Part shown: in pieces, positions 18,728 to 26,719 of the stretch
Layout of the letters: the number at the start of each line of letters is the position of its first letter
Position numbering within the stretch: position 1 is the first letter of the stretch
From: Chloroflexota bacterium
GTDB lineage: Bacteria; Chloroflexota; Anaerolineae; Anaerolineales; Anaerolineaceae
NCBI GenBank assembly: GCA_021779955.1
Contig: JAJXZS010000019.1
Coordinates: forward strand, 8,476-72,475
Direction of reading: 5' to 3'
DNA length: 64,000 nucleotides
Made by a program: the position numbers and the translations under genes
Notes under the pieces: generated by a model
What the model saw: the letters and a program-made list of their open reading frames with translations, nothing else
What the model was told of the DNA's origin: nothing
Database searches by the model: none

Positions 18728-18793
18728 ATCTTAAATGGGCGGAATAGCTCCCGGAAATCTCCAGGGATGCTGATCGGTTCGGCTGAGCAAACC

Positions 18794-19459
18794 TCATTGA
18801 ACAGAGACGATCCTTCCATCCGCGAGATGAACGGTGCGGTCGGCCATACTCGCCAATCGCTCGTCGTGCGTGACCAGCACCACCGTGATCCCCTCGCAGC
18901 GGTGCAGTTCGAGCAGGATTTCCATCACCTTCGCCCCGGAAGCCGAATCGAGGTTGCCGGTGGGCTCATCAGCGAGGATGACCCTGGGATGATTCGTCAG
19001 CGCGCGAGCGATGGCCACACGCTGCTGCTCGCCGCCGGAAAGCTGATCGGGTAGTTGATTGGTCTTATCTTCGAGTCCCATTTTTTGCAGCAACTCGCGG
19101 GCATGAGCGCGGTTCTGGTCCTGTTTCTTGTAGGGGATGAGCGGGTACATCACGTTTTCCAGGGCGGTGAGCTGGGGCAGCAGGTTATAGCTCTGAAAGA
19201 CAAAGCCGACGACATTCCTGCGGTAATCGGCTAGCTGATTACCGTTCAACGAGGTAACGTCGGTGTCGTCGTAGAAGATCTGCCCGCCGGTGGGCTTGTC
19301 CAGCGTGCCGATGAGATTCAGGAGCGTGGTCTTGCCCGAGCCTGAAGGCCCAGTGATGGATACAAACTCGTGGTCCTGAACGTCCAGGCAGATGCCATCC
19401 AGCGCCTGGAAGTTCACCCCATCGCCATAGGTTTTATCGACGTCGATCAAGCGGATCAT
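18794..19459 (-). CDS. ABC transporter ATP-binding protein (MacB/LolD type)
   Basis: GPSGSGKTT Walker A, LSGGEQQRVAIARAL signature, ILADEPTGNLD Walker B. Overlaps the permease stop by 4 nt. Confidence 0.9.
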   Translation of the reverse strand: MIRLIDVDKTYGDGVNFQALDGICLDVQDHEFVSITGPSGSGKTTLLNLIGTLDKPTGGQIFYDDTDVTSLNGNQLADYRRNVVGFVFQSYNLLPQLTALENVMYPLIPYKKQDQNRAHARELLQKMGLEDKTNQLPDQLSGGEQQRVAIARALTNHPRVILADEPTGNLDSASGAKVMEILLELHRCEGITVVLVTHDERLASMADRTVHLADGRIVSVQ

Positions 19460-21969
19460 GATTTCCTCCGGGTTCGAAAGATGAGTGAAGAGGTGGACGA
19501 TTTAAGTTCGATTTGCTTGCGTATGGCCAGGAACGAGGTGGCAATGCAGGCCAGTGTGGGCAGCAGCACCCCGGTGGCAAGTACGACGACCCCGGCGGTG
19601 GAAGAGACCTCCAGGCTGCCCCCCAGGGCGCGGTTGATCAGGATCGAGAGGACAACCCCGATCGCGCCACCGATCAGCCCGATGATGCCAGATTGCCACA
19701 GGTAGAGCTTGCGGACTTCCTTCTTCCTCCAGCCGATGGCGTTGGTGACGGCAATCTCGTGGTGCTCGAGTTGCACCCGGTTGCGGATGTAGATGGCAAT
19801 GGCCACCACCGCCATCAAGAGCCCCGTGAGGGTCAGGAAGAAATGGGAGGGCTGGAGTTTGACCACCAGGTACTGGCCCAGGAGCGTGCCGCCCAGGTAA
19901 CCACGCTGGCTGTCGAAGGCGATGATCAGGTAGCACAGGAGCGCCATGCTCAGCGCCACTCCCGCAATGTTGAGCAGTGATTGCAGCGGGGAACGGACGA
20001 GCGAGTTCAGAGCGATGCGCAAGATCGAATTCGATGGCAGCAGGCGCACAGTCTTGCTGTCGGCGTGGTCGCGGATCACCTCCACAGGCGCGGCGCGGCT
20101 GGCGATGAGGGCGGGAGCCAGGCTGCCCAGGATGGAAATGCCCAGTACAATGGCGGTCGCCTCAATGAAGATCAGCGGTTGCGGCATGGCGAGCTTGAAG
20201 ATCAACGCCACCGCGAGCGCGACCAGACAGGAGACCAACGCGCAGGCCAGGCTGATGCCCGCCGCCTTGCCCAGCTCGAAGCGCAGCAGACTGCCCGTGC
20301 GCCAGCCCAGGGCTTTGCTCAGGGCAAATTCGCGCCTCCGGTTATAGGCATCCATCCAGTTGTATTCGAAGATCGCCAGGAACGAGACGAAGCCGAAGAC
20401 CGACAACATCAACCGGTTGGCCAGCGAGAGCCCCTCGCTATAGTTTGTGGCCACGCCTTTCTGGATCCACATCTCCTCGACGTAACCCACCCCGGGGATG
20501 TGCACCAGCACCGGGCGGGGCGATGAGCCCACCACGATATCCACGTCGAGCCCGGTCTGTTCGTGGATGGCAGTGGCGACGGACTCGATCTTCTGCTCGG
20601 CTTCATTGGAATAGCTGTCGATGCCTGCCACGCGCACGCGAATGGCGCTGATGCAGTTGTCGCCGGCGATCGTCCGCGCTGCGGTGATGGTCGTCAGCAT
20701 CAGTGGCGGGCTGGTGAACCACGAAGAGTCAAAGGCGGAGGGCAGCACCGGCTGCGGGTCGACAGGATTGCGGTTCTCGTCGTAGAGCAGTGTGCCGCCT
20801 GGCGGAAAATAAGTTTCCACGGGTACCTGGTTGATCTCGTTGGGTTTGGGGATTCTCGCGATGTCATAGATCCCGACAGCATAGAGGCCGAATGTGATTT
20901 CTTTATAGGATGGGTCAATTGCTTTCACCTGCGGTTGAGCCTCGACCGCAAGCACCAGTTTTTCAGGGTCGGCTGCAATTGAAGGTTCCAACTGGTAGGT
21001 AACAGGGATAAAGCCCTCGAAGTTGTTGAGGTTATCGATTAGCAAACCTCCCGACTTTATCTGAAATTGCTCGATAAAGAAGGGATACGCGTCTATGCTT
21101 TCGAACGGACCAATTTGATCCACCACATGCGATGGCAATTTATCGAGGTATTCCGTGCCTCCCAAAGACACGATTGCTTCGGGTGATGAATTTTCTTCAG
21201 GCACGTCCACCTGTTCCAGTTTTACCGTAATGGAATAGGAGGTATAAGGATAATTGTTGATCACCACGGGGAACTTGCCTTCAGGCGCAGTCATTTTGCC
21301 AAGGTACAATCCCTGGATAATGCTCTGATCCAATTTGAACAGCCTGGCTTCCTGTTGCGGATCGATGCCAGCAAGAGGGATATTGGAAGGAATACCAAAC
21401 CCAGAGAAATTTTTCGATACATAAACCCCGGGGCTGACCATTTCGAAGTCCGTCTCATTGGCATCAGGCAAGACAATCTTGTAGGAGCGGTCTATCATCG
21501 ATTCAATTCGGAAGCCTTCATTCGATTTATGTTCCGTTTCGATTGCGTATACTCCAGGGCTAACTGAAACAAAGGTTTTTTCCTGTTCATCAGTTCTCAT
21601 CGCTGATTTGGCTGAAAAAAAGGGAAATGATCCGAGATTCGCGATGGGCGCAGCCACATCCACGCCTGGGATCGTCTTGATTGCTTCGTATTGCGCAAAG
21701 GAGATGGCGCCTTTGATGTTGTTCTGGTAATTCGGTTCCACCAGGTTGTATTGCGTTTCGATAGCCGAGTGCGAACCTTTTGGCCGCACCAGGATATCGT
21801 AGGATGTACGCCAGTAGTCCAAGATCGCTTTGTTCGCGGTCACCAGGCTGGTGGCTGAGAGCTGATAGAAGATCAGGGCTGAGGATGTCGCAATGATAAT
21901 GATGAGTGGTAGAAAAAGCTGTGGTTTGCCGCTCTTTTTTACAGGAATTTTGAGATGAAGTCTGTACAT
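19456..21969 (-). CDS. large FtsX/MacB-type ABC permease (837 aa) with large extracytoplasmic domain
   Basis: C-terminal FtsX-like TM bundles and a long periplasmic-type segment after TM1. AGGGGG RBS sits ahead of the ATG at 21969. Confidence 0.8.
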   Translation of the reverse strand: MYRLHLKIPVKKSGKPQLFLPLIIIIATSSALIFYQLSATSLVTANKAILDYWRTSYDILVRPKGSHSAIETQYNLVEPNYQNNIKGAISFAQYEAIKTIPGVDVAAPIANLGSFPFFSAKSAMRTDEQEKTFVSVSPGVYAIETEHKSNEGFRIESMIDRSYKIVLPDANETDFEMVSPGVYVSKNFSGFGIPSNIPLAGIDPQQEARLFKLDQSIIQGLYLGKMTAPEGKFPVVINNYPYTSYSITVKLEQVDVPEENSSPEAIVSLGGTEYLDKLPSHVVDQIGPFESIDAYPFFIEQFQIKSGGLLIDNLNNFEGFIPVTYQLEPSIAADPEKLVLAVEAQPQVKAIDPSYKEITFGLYAVGIYDIARIPKPNEINQVPVETYFPPGGTLLYDENRNPVDPQPVLPSAFDSSWFTSPPLMLTTITAARTIAGDNCISAIRVRVAGIDSYSNEAEQKIESVATAIHEQTGLDVDIVVGSSPRPVLVHIPGVGYVEEMWIQKGVATNYSEGLSLANRLMLSVFGFVSFLAIFEYNWMDAYNRRREFALSKALGWRTGSLLRFELGKAAGISLACALVSCLVALAVALIFKLAMPQPLIFIEATAIVLGISILGSLAPALIASRAAPVEVIRDHADSKTVRLLPSNSILRIALNSLVRSPLQSLLNIAGVALSMALLCYLIIAFDSQRGYLGGTLLGQYLVVKLQPSHFFLTLTGLLMAVVAIAIYIRNRVQLEHHEIAVTNAIGWRKKEVRKLYLWQSGIIGLIGGAIGVVLSILINRALGGSLEVSSTAGVVVLATGVLLPTLACIATSFLAIRKQIELKSSTSSLIFRTRRKS

Positions 21970-22215
21970 TTACGCCCCCTTGAGAGTCGGAAGTCTCAAA
22001 TGCTGTAAAAACTCTTGAATATTGCGACGAACATACGAAATTACAGAGCTACATAATAATAATAAAGAATGCTTGATGTAAAGATTATGAATGAAGTGTG
22101 AAGAATTATCGAGAACGCAAATCCAATTGGATATTTTAAGAAAGAAAATTAAAATTGCATCCAATAGAATGCAGATGATGCAAAAATCAATGGAAAATTG
22201 ATCAAGTGCACTCAC
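21970..22215 (-). CDS. questionable small hydrophobic ORF (81 aa, GTG start) abutting the permease start
   Basis: Its TAA stop touches the permease ATG. Very AT-rich with no recognisable family, so it may simply be promoter DNA. Confidence 0.2.
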   Translation of the reverse strand: MSALDQFSIDFCIICILLDAILIFFLKISNWICVLDNSSHFIHNLYIKHSLLLLCSSVISYVRRNIQEFLQHLRLPTLKGA

Positions 22216-22230
22216 TTATGCCTGAAAGAG

Positions 22231-22272
22231 CCATGACATTCTCCGAAAGATTATCATCGGAGAATGTCATGG
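22231..22272 (-). other. perfect 16-bp stem-loop 3' of the Cys-rich protein gene
   Basis: CCATGACATTCTCCGA, 10-nt loop, TCGGAGAATGTCATGG. No U-tract on the minus strand, so this may be a stabiliser, processing site or attenuator rather than a classical terminator. Confidence 0.6.
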
Positions 22273-22290
22273 CAAGACTAGACGAGTTTT

Positions 22291-22587
22291 TCAACAACCG
22301 AGACACATTCCCGCGCCATCATCATGCCAAGGTCCACAGTACGGATCACAGGTATTACAGGTCCTTACTTCCTCATGATAGTAAAAACCTGGCCTTCCAG
22401 AAGTAGCGCATGATCCGCAGGAATCCGCTGTCCAACGGGTTTGTGAATAATCCTCACAGATTACGTTGGGGCTTATCTTTCCCGCAGCAATTACTCGAGT
22501 GGCTCCAGTTGCAGCGATCGCAAGCATTGCGAGTGCAAATATAGCCAAGAAAAGCAGCACAACCTTGAAATTACGATTGACAGACAT
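22291..22587 (-). CDS. secreted cysteine-rich small protein (99 aa precursor, 8 Cys in the last ~60 aa), no recognised family
   Basis: ATG at 22587 follows AAAGGGGA. Signal-peptide-like MSVNRNFKVVLLFLAIFALAMLAIAATGA. C-terminal region ICEDYSQTRWTADSCGSCATSGRPGFYYHEEVRTCNTCDPYCGPWHDDGAGMCLGC. Confidence 0.65.
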   Translation of the reverse strand: MSVNRNFKVVLLFLAIFALAMLAIAATGATRVIAAGKISPNVICEDYSQTRWTADSCGSCATSGRPGFYYHEEVRTCNTCDPYCGPWHDDGAGMCLGC

Positions 22588-22682
22588 GTTTTCCCCTTTC
22601 GTTGAATTTCCAGAATAGTTGATCCGACGAGAATTTGTCCACCACACTGCAATTCCCACCTATTTGGTTCATTTTCCTCTTT

Positions 22683-23240
22683 TCATTCAGAAGTGCGCGG
22701 TTTGGCTAATTGCTGTAGATCCTCGAATGTTGCAGGAACCCCAGAATTCAGGATTTTGCCGCCTTTGTCGATCAGGTAAACAAACGGTGTTCCTGGAACG
22801 ATGTATTGAGTAGATATTTCTTCTTTCCATTCTGCCTCAACAAATCGAAATCCATTATCAGAGATCATTTGATTTATTTCTTCTTTTGTCCCCAAAGAAA
22901 ACATGAATATGTTATGAGTTGGATTTTTGTCTGAAAATTCCTTCAAGTACGGATATAGATACTGGCAATGGGGACAAGTAGTCGATGAAAAGATCAACAT
23001 AGTAGGTTGTGAAAAGAGATCACTTGAAGCAAACGTTTTTCCATCAATTGTATTAACTGTGAATGAAGGTGCAAGCTTTCCATCCTCCAGACCCAAGACT
23101 TGGGCAGGCTGGCCTGCAAGCCCCAACATGGACTCAATGCGATTTATCCGTATCAGGATAAAAACTATTGAGCCAATCAATATGATTACAATTCCAAGAA
23201 AAACGTACATGAACCCTTGCAATGAATCAGTCTTTTTCAT
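22683..23240 (-). CDS. membrane-anchored TlpA/ResA-like thiol-disulfide oxidoreductase (thioredoxin fold)
   Basis: N-terminal TM. FSSTTCPHCQYLYP has the CxxC active site. ATG at 23240 follows AGAGGA. The ORF track starts at 23264. Confidence 0.8.
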   Translation of the reverse strand: MKKTDSLQGFMYVFLGIVIILIGSIVFILIRINRIESMLGLAGQPAQVLGLEDGKLAPSFTVNTIDGKTFASSDLFSQPTMLIFSSTTCPHCQYLYPYLKEFSDKNPTHNIFMFSLGTKEEINQMISDNGFRFVEAEWKEEISTQYIVPGTPFVYLIDKGGKILNSGVPATFEDLQQLAKPRTSE

Positions 23241-23743
23241 AGCTATCCTCTTTGAAATGGTCAATCACAATGTAGGCTGAAGCATTAAATGGTATATAGT
23301 CATCAAATTCGATTACAAAACTCACCATGCTGCGAATTCAATAAAATCCTCACCTCCTTAATTGTTGGCTTTCTGTTTTGAACATTTAGGTCAGAAGTGA
23401 CCTGATTCTCTGTTTTTCTTTTCTCGATTACCGAAGCACTTCTGTACGCAGCCAGATAATTGGCTACTATCTCCCACCTATTGCGATTCTACTATCATGA
23501 TACAGCATGATAGAGAATGAGGTAGGATGCAAAATTGAGCTCAATAATCGGTTTTTTAAGATTACTAATGTAATAATCCAAAATCGCCACCCACATGCCA
23601 AAAAAAGTCCAAAAACATGATATTCGAATTTGTAGACCCCGCCTTCTACAATTCGATTTTCCGATCGCCAAATCACAGCTATTCTAGCTGAGGGAACATC
23701 TGGCGCTTTGTAAGAGTGTGGATTCGAACCCTTTGACCAACTT

Positions 23744-23783
23744 AAACAAAAATCCCCAGGCTCACCTTTCGACCTCGGGGATT
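23744..23783 (-). terminator. intrinsic terminator downstream of tRNA-Ser
   Basis: The minus strand reads AATCCCCGAGG...CCTGGGGATT followed by TTTTGTTT. Confidence 0.7.
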
Positions 23784-23880
23784 ACTGCACTTCCTAATCA
23801 CTAATTACTAATCACTAAGCCCTGTTCTTCTAGCGGAGAGGGCTGGGAACCGCCCTCGGAGCCGAACGAATTTTGTCTAG

Positions 23881-23966
23881 CGGAGAGGGTGGGATTCGAA
23901 CCCACGATACCTTGCGGTATACCCGCTCTCCAAGCGGGCGCGTTAGGCCAACTGCGCAACCTCTCC
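23881..23966 (-). tRNA. tRNA-Ser (anticodon GGA)
   Basis: Reverse complement folds as a class II tRNA. Acceptor GGAGAGG/CCTCTCC, anticodon stem CCCGC/GCGGG with loop TTGGAGA, 16-nt variable arm, T arm GTGGG-TTCGAAT-CCCAC, discriminator G. CCA is not encoded. Confidence 0.9.
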
Positions 23967-23990
23967 ATTTGCCTGGGATCAAGCGCGAAT

Positions 23991-24017
23991 ATTATACCAT
24001 GAGGGTTCAAAAATCAA
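23991..24017 (-). promoter_or_regulatory. extended -10 promoter for tRNA-Ser
   Basis: The minus strand reads TTGATT, 15-nt spacer including TGG, then TATAAT. It lies about 25 nt upstream of the tRNA 5' end. Confidence 0.5.
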
Positions 24018-24098
24018 GGAAAAATACCTGCCCTGCGCTTGCAATCGATTTTTATTTTTCCCCTATAATCTAGATATAGTGATTCAGGAGGTTTTCAA

Positions 24099-24617
24099 AT
24101 GACAGAATCAAACCGCGGAACCCTCATCACTGGCATCGTCTTTCTTATTTTGGGTGCCCTTTTGATCGTACTGAACCTGATCCCAGGCGTTCGTATCCAA
24201 CAATGGTGGCCATTGATCATCATCGCGCTCGGGGTGGCTTTCTTCCTGCCTGCTTTCATCTGGCCCCAATCAAAGCACGGACTTGCCGGGTTGTTCATTC
24301 CCGGGACGATCATCCTCGTGCTTGGCCTGATCTTCCTCTACAACACGCTCGCGCACGATTGGGGCTCCTGGGCGTATGCCTGGCTGCTGCTGCCCGCCGC
24401 AACTGGTTTCGGCATTTACCTGGGCGCCTGGTCCGGAGATTGGGGTAAAGGTTCGACGACCGTCGGTCTCTGGCTCGGTGTGGTGAGCCTGGCGGTCTTC
24501 TCCCTCTTTGCGGCCTTATTCGGCACCATCATTTTGAAGTCGCTCGGCGCAATATTTCTGATCCTCACAGGCGTATTGTTCGTTCTATACTCCAGCAGGA
24601 AGCCAAAGGAAATTTGA
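24099..24617 (+). CDS. integral membrane protein (about 5 TM), unknown function
   Basis: 172 aa, strongly hydrophobic, with AGGAGG RBS at 24087-24092. Confidence 0.6.
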   Translation: MTESNRGTLITGIVFLILGALLIVLNLIPGVRIQQWWPLIIIALGVAFFLPAFIWPQSKHGLAGLFIPGTIILVLGLIFLYNTLAHDWGSWAYAWLLLPAATGFGIYLGAWSGDWGKGSTTVGLWLGVVSLAVFSLFAALFGTIILKSLGAIFLILTGVLFVLYSSRKPKEI

Positions 24618-24621
24618 GCAA

Positions 24622-25044
24622 ATGTCCTCCATCACCCCCGAACTCGAACTTCCCATCTTGTATATCGACAAAGCGCACTGGCAGATCCAGAACACATCGG
24701 GCGTTGAACCACTCGAATACACCATCAGCAGCCGCAGGGGGTTCATTTTCTCCACCGAAGGGTTCGAGTTCACGCTGCCCGAAGGCGGCGATTTCACCGC
24801 GCCGAATATCATCCAGATCGTGATGGGGAAAGACCGCCTCTACGCCATGGCGTACGAGCCGGGAGTGACGCAGTACACAGTCAACGCCGCCAACCTGGTG
24901 CCACTTTACGGCTCGCTGCCTTTCAACGGCTTCGAAGCGGGGCAGAAGTTCGTCATTGCCGTGGGGCACCTCGCCCCACCTGCGAAAGACAACTCGCAGC
25001 CCAAGTTCACCGTGCTCTGGGCCGGCGTGATCAACGTTGAATAA
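24622..25044 (+). CDS. hypothetical protein (140 aa)
   Basis: Tightly follows the membrane-protein gene with a 4-nt gap. No family recognised. Confidence 0.5.
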   Translation: MSSITPELELPILYIDKAHWQIQNTSGVEPLEYTISSRRGFIFSTEGFEFTLPEGGDFTAPNIIQIVMGKDRLYAMAYEPGVTQYTVNAANLVPLYGSLPFNGFEAGQKFVIAVGHLAPPAKDNSQPKFTVLWAGVINVE

Positions 25045-25050
25045 AGAAAA

Positions 25051-25084
25051 CCGGACAGGCATGATGACCTGTCCGGTGCGTTTT
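25051..25084. terminator. bidirectional intrinsic terminator
   Basis: CCGGACAGG / CCTGTCCGG stem. TGCGTTTT follows on the plus strand and TTTTCTTTATT on the minus strand. Confidence 0.75.
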
Positions 25085-26069
25085 ACTTGCCCCAATCCAC
25101 CTGGAGGGATTTTCGCTTGCGCAGATATTTTTCGACAGCCATGCCGGCGATTGCACCATCTGCGGCGGCCACAACCGCCTGCTTTACGTGATCCTTGAGC
25201 AAGTCACCAACCGCATAAACACCCTCGAGCTCGGTCTGGTACTCCGCGTTGACCGTCAGGTAACCGTGCTCGTCGCGCTTCAACTGACCCTCGAGGAACT
25301 CGGTATCCGGTTTTCCACCCTGCAAATAAATGAACACGCCTTTGACGTCAAGCGACTGCTCGCCCACCCCGCGCAAGCCAAATTTGACGCCGCTGACCTT
25401 TCCGTCGCCGACCACTTCTCGTAGAGACGCCCCAGGGTACACCTGAACCTTGGGATGGCGCTGGATCTCTTCCGCCAGCTCGACAGGCGCCTTCAACTCC
25501 GGAGTAGGGCTGAGGAAATGCACCTTATCGGCAAACCGGGTGAGGAAAAGCGCTTCTTCGATGGATTCGTCGTTGTTGCCTGCGACAGCGACTTCCTGGT
25601 TGCGAAAGAACGCCCCATCGCAGGTAGCGCAGTAGGATACGCCGTGCCCAAGCAGATCGTCCTCGCCCTTGACCCGGGTTCCGCGCCCAAGCGAACCCAT
25701 CCCCAGGATGACCGCTTTGGCAGTATAGCTGCCGCCGTTGCCGATTAGTGTTTTGACCGGTCCAACCAGATCAACTCCAACTACCTTGTCTGTGATAAAT
25801 TTCGCGCCAAACGACGCGGCCTGGTTGCGAATGCGTTCAAGCAATTCGCTTCCGCTGACCTCTTCCGTCACGCCGGGGTAATTACCGATTTTCGAAGTGA
25901 TGCCCAGGGCGCCAACCGTCAACCCACGATCGATGACAGCGGTTTTCAGACCGGCGCGAGAGGTATAAATCGCGGCAGTGGCTCCGGCCGGCCCGCCGCC
26001 AATAATCAAAACGTCATATTCAGGCTCATCCTGCATATCGCTTTGAGGTATGTTCAAATCTAAATCCAT
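25083..26069 (-). CDS. trxB: thioredoxin-disulfide reductase
   Basis: GGGPAG FAD motif, redox-active CATCDG, NADPH-binding GGGNSA-like region. Confidence 0.9.
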   Translation of the reverse strand: MDLDLNIPQSDMQDEPEYDVLIIGGGPAGATAAIYTSRAGLKTAVIDRGLTVGALGITSKIGNYPGVTEEVSGSELLERIRNQAASFGAKFITDKVVGVDLVGPVKTLIGNGGSYTAKAVILGMGSLGRGTRVKGEDDLLGHGVSYCATCDGAFFRNQEVAVAGNNDESIEEALFLTRFADKVHFLSPTPELKAPVELAEEIQRHPKVQVYPGASLREVVGDGKVSGVKFGLRGVGEQSLDVKGVFIYLQGGKPDTEFLEGQLKRDEHGYLTVNAEYQTELEGVYAVGDLLKDHVKQAVVAAADGAIAGMAVEKYLRKRKSLQVDWGK

Positions 26070-26165
26070 CGTAAACTCCAGGAAAAATGTGTATCTAGTT
26101 GATGCAGCCGCAGGTCGAAAGGTGACATCTCAGAATTGAGAACCGGTTTGGCAGGCGGGAAATTC

Positions 26166-26194
26166 TTGTCAAGATAGTATTTCACCATTATAAT
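26166..26194 (+). promoter_or_regulatory. sigma70-like promoter for tRNA-Val
   Basis: TTGTCA (26166-26171), 17-nt spacer, TATAAT (26189-26194). The tRNA starts 12 nt later. Confidence 0.7.
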
Positions 26195-26205
26195 ATGACC
26201 ACTTC

Positions 26206-26279
26206 GGGCGGTTAGCTCAGTTGGTTAGAGCGTTGCGTTGACATCGCAAAGGCCGTAGGTTCGAGTCCTATACCGCCCA
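26206..26279 (+). tRNA. tRNA-Val (anticodon GAC)
   Basis: GGGCGGT acceptor, D arm GCTC-AGTTGGTTA-GAGC, anticodon stem TTGCG/CGCAA with loop TTGACAT, T arm GTAGG-TTCGAGT-CCTAT. CCA is not encoded. Confidence 0.92.
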
Positions 26280-26312
26280 CACCCTTAAAGAGGAGGTCAG
26301 TGAAACCCTGAC

Positions 26313-26665
26313 CCCGGGTGCTATAAGCGTCGTACTCAGGTACGGCGCTTTTTATTTGCATCTCAAAGGCCGTACCCTCCAAAGAGCAACAAGGGTTATA
26401 AGGGTTCGAGTCCTATACCGCCTCACTCCCGTAAAATCAACGGGAGCCATGGCACCCGTAAGACCCGGGTGCTAAAAGCGTCGTACTCAGGTACGGCGCT
26501 TTTTATTTGCATCTCAAAGGCCGTACCCTCGTAAGAGCAACGAGGGTTATAAGGGTTCGAGTCCTATACCGCCTCACTCCCGTAAAATCAACGGGAGCCA
26601 TGGCACCCGTAGGACCCGGGTGCTATAAGCGTCGTACTCAGATACGGCGCTTTTTATTTGCATCG
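26313..26665 (+). repeat. 151-bp tandem repeat (2 full units plus about 50 bp), each with a tRNA-Val 3'-half copy and an intrinsic terminator
   Basis: Units start at 26313, 26464 and 26615. Units 1 and 2 differ at 5 positions. Terminators AGCGTCGTA-loop-TACGGCGCT-TTTTTATTT lie at about 26326-26357, 26477-26508 and 26628-26659. The tRNA-like segment is CATCTCAAAGGCCGTA...GGGTTCGAGTCCTATACCGCCTCAC. Confidence 0.9.
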
Positions 26666-26719
26666 CAGGAACCATCACTTCACGAAACCTATGCCACCAC
26701 AACCCGTGAGCTCTCCAGA

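Noticed and set aside
23388-23403. Palindrome AGGTCA-GAAG-TGACCT followed by a T-rich tract in the AT-rich intergenic region
   Set aside because: It is only a 6-bp stem, with no transcript to terminate on the plus strand and no second copy, so it is too weak to call an operator or terminator.
23467-23676. 69-aa minus-strand ORF, a 33-aa ORF overlapping the TlpA start, and an AAGGAGG at 23353-23359 with no suitably spaced start codon
   Set aside because: There is no RBS-start pairing, no family resemblance and extreme AT bias, so I treated it as non-coding. RNA-seq would settle it.
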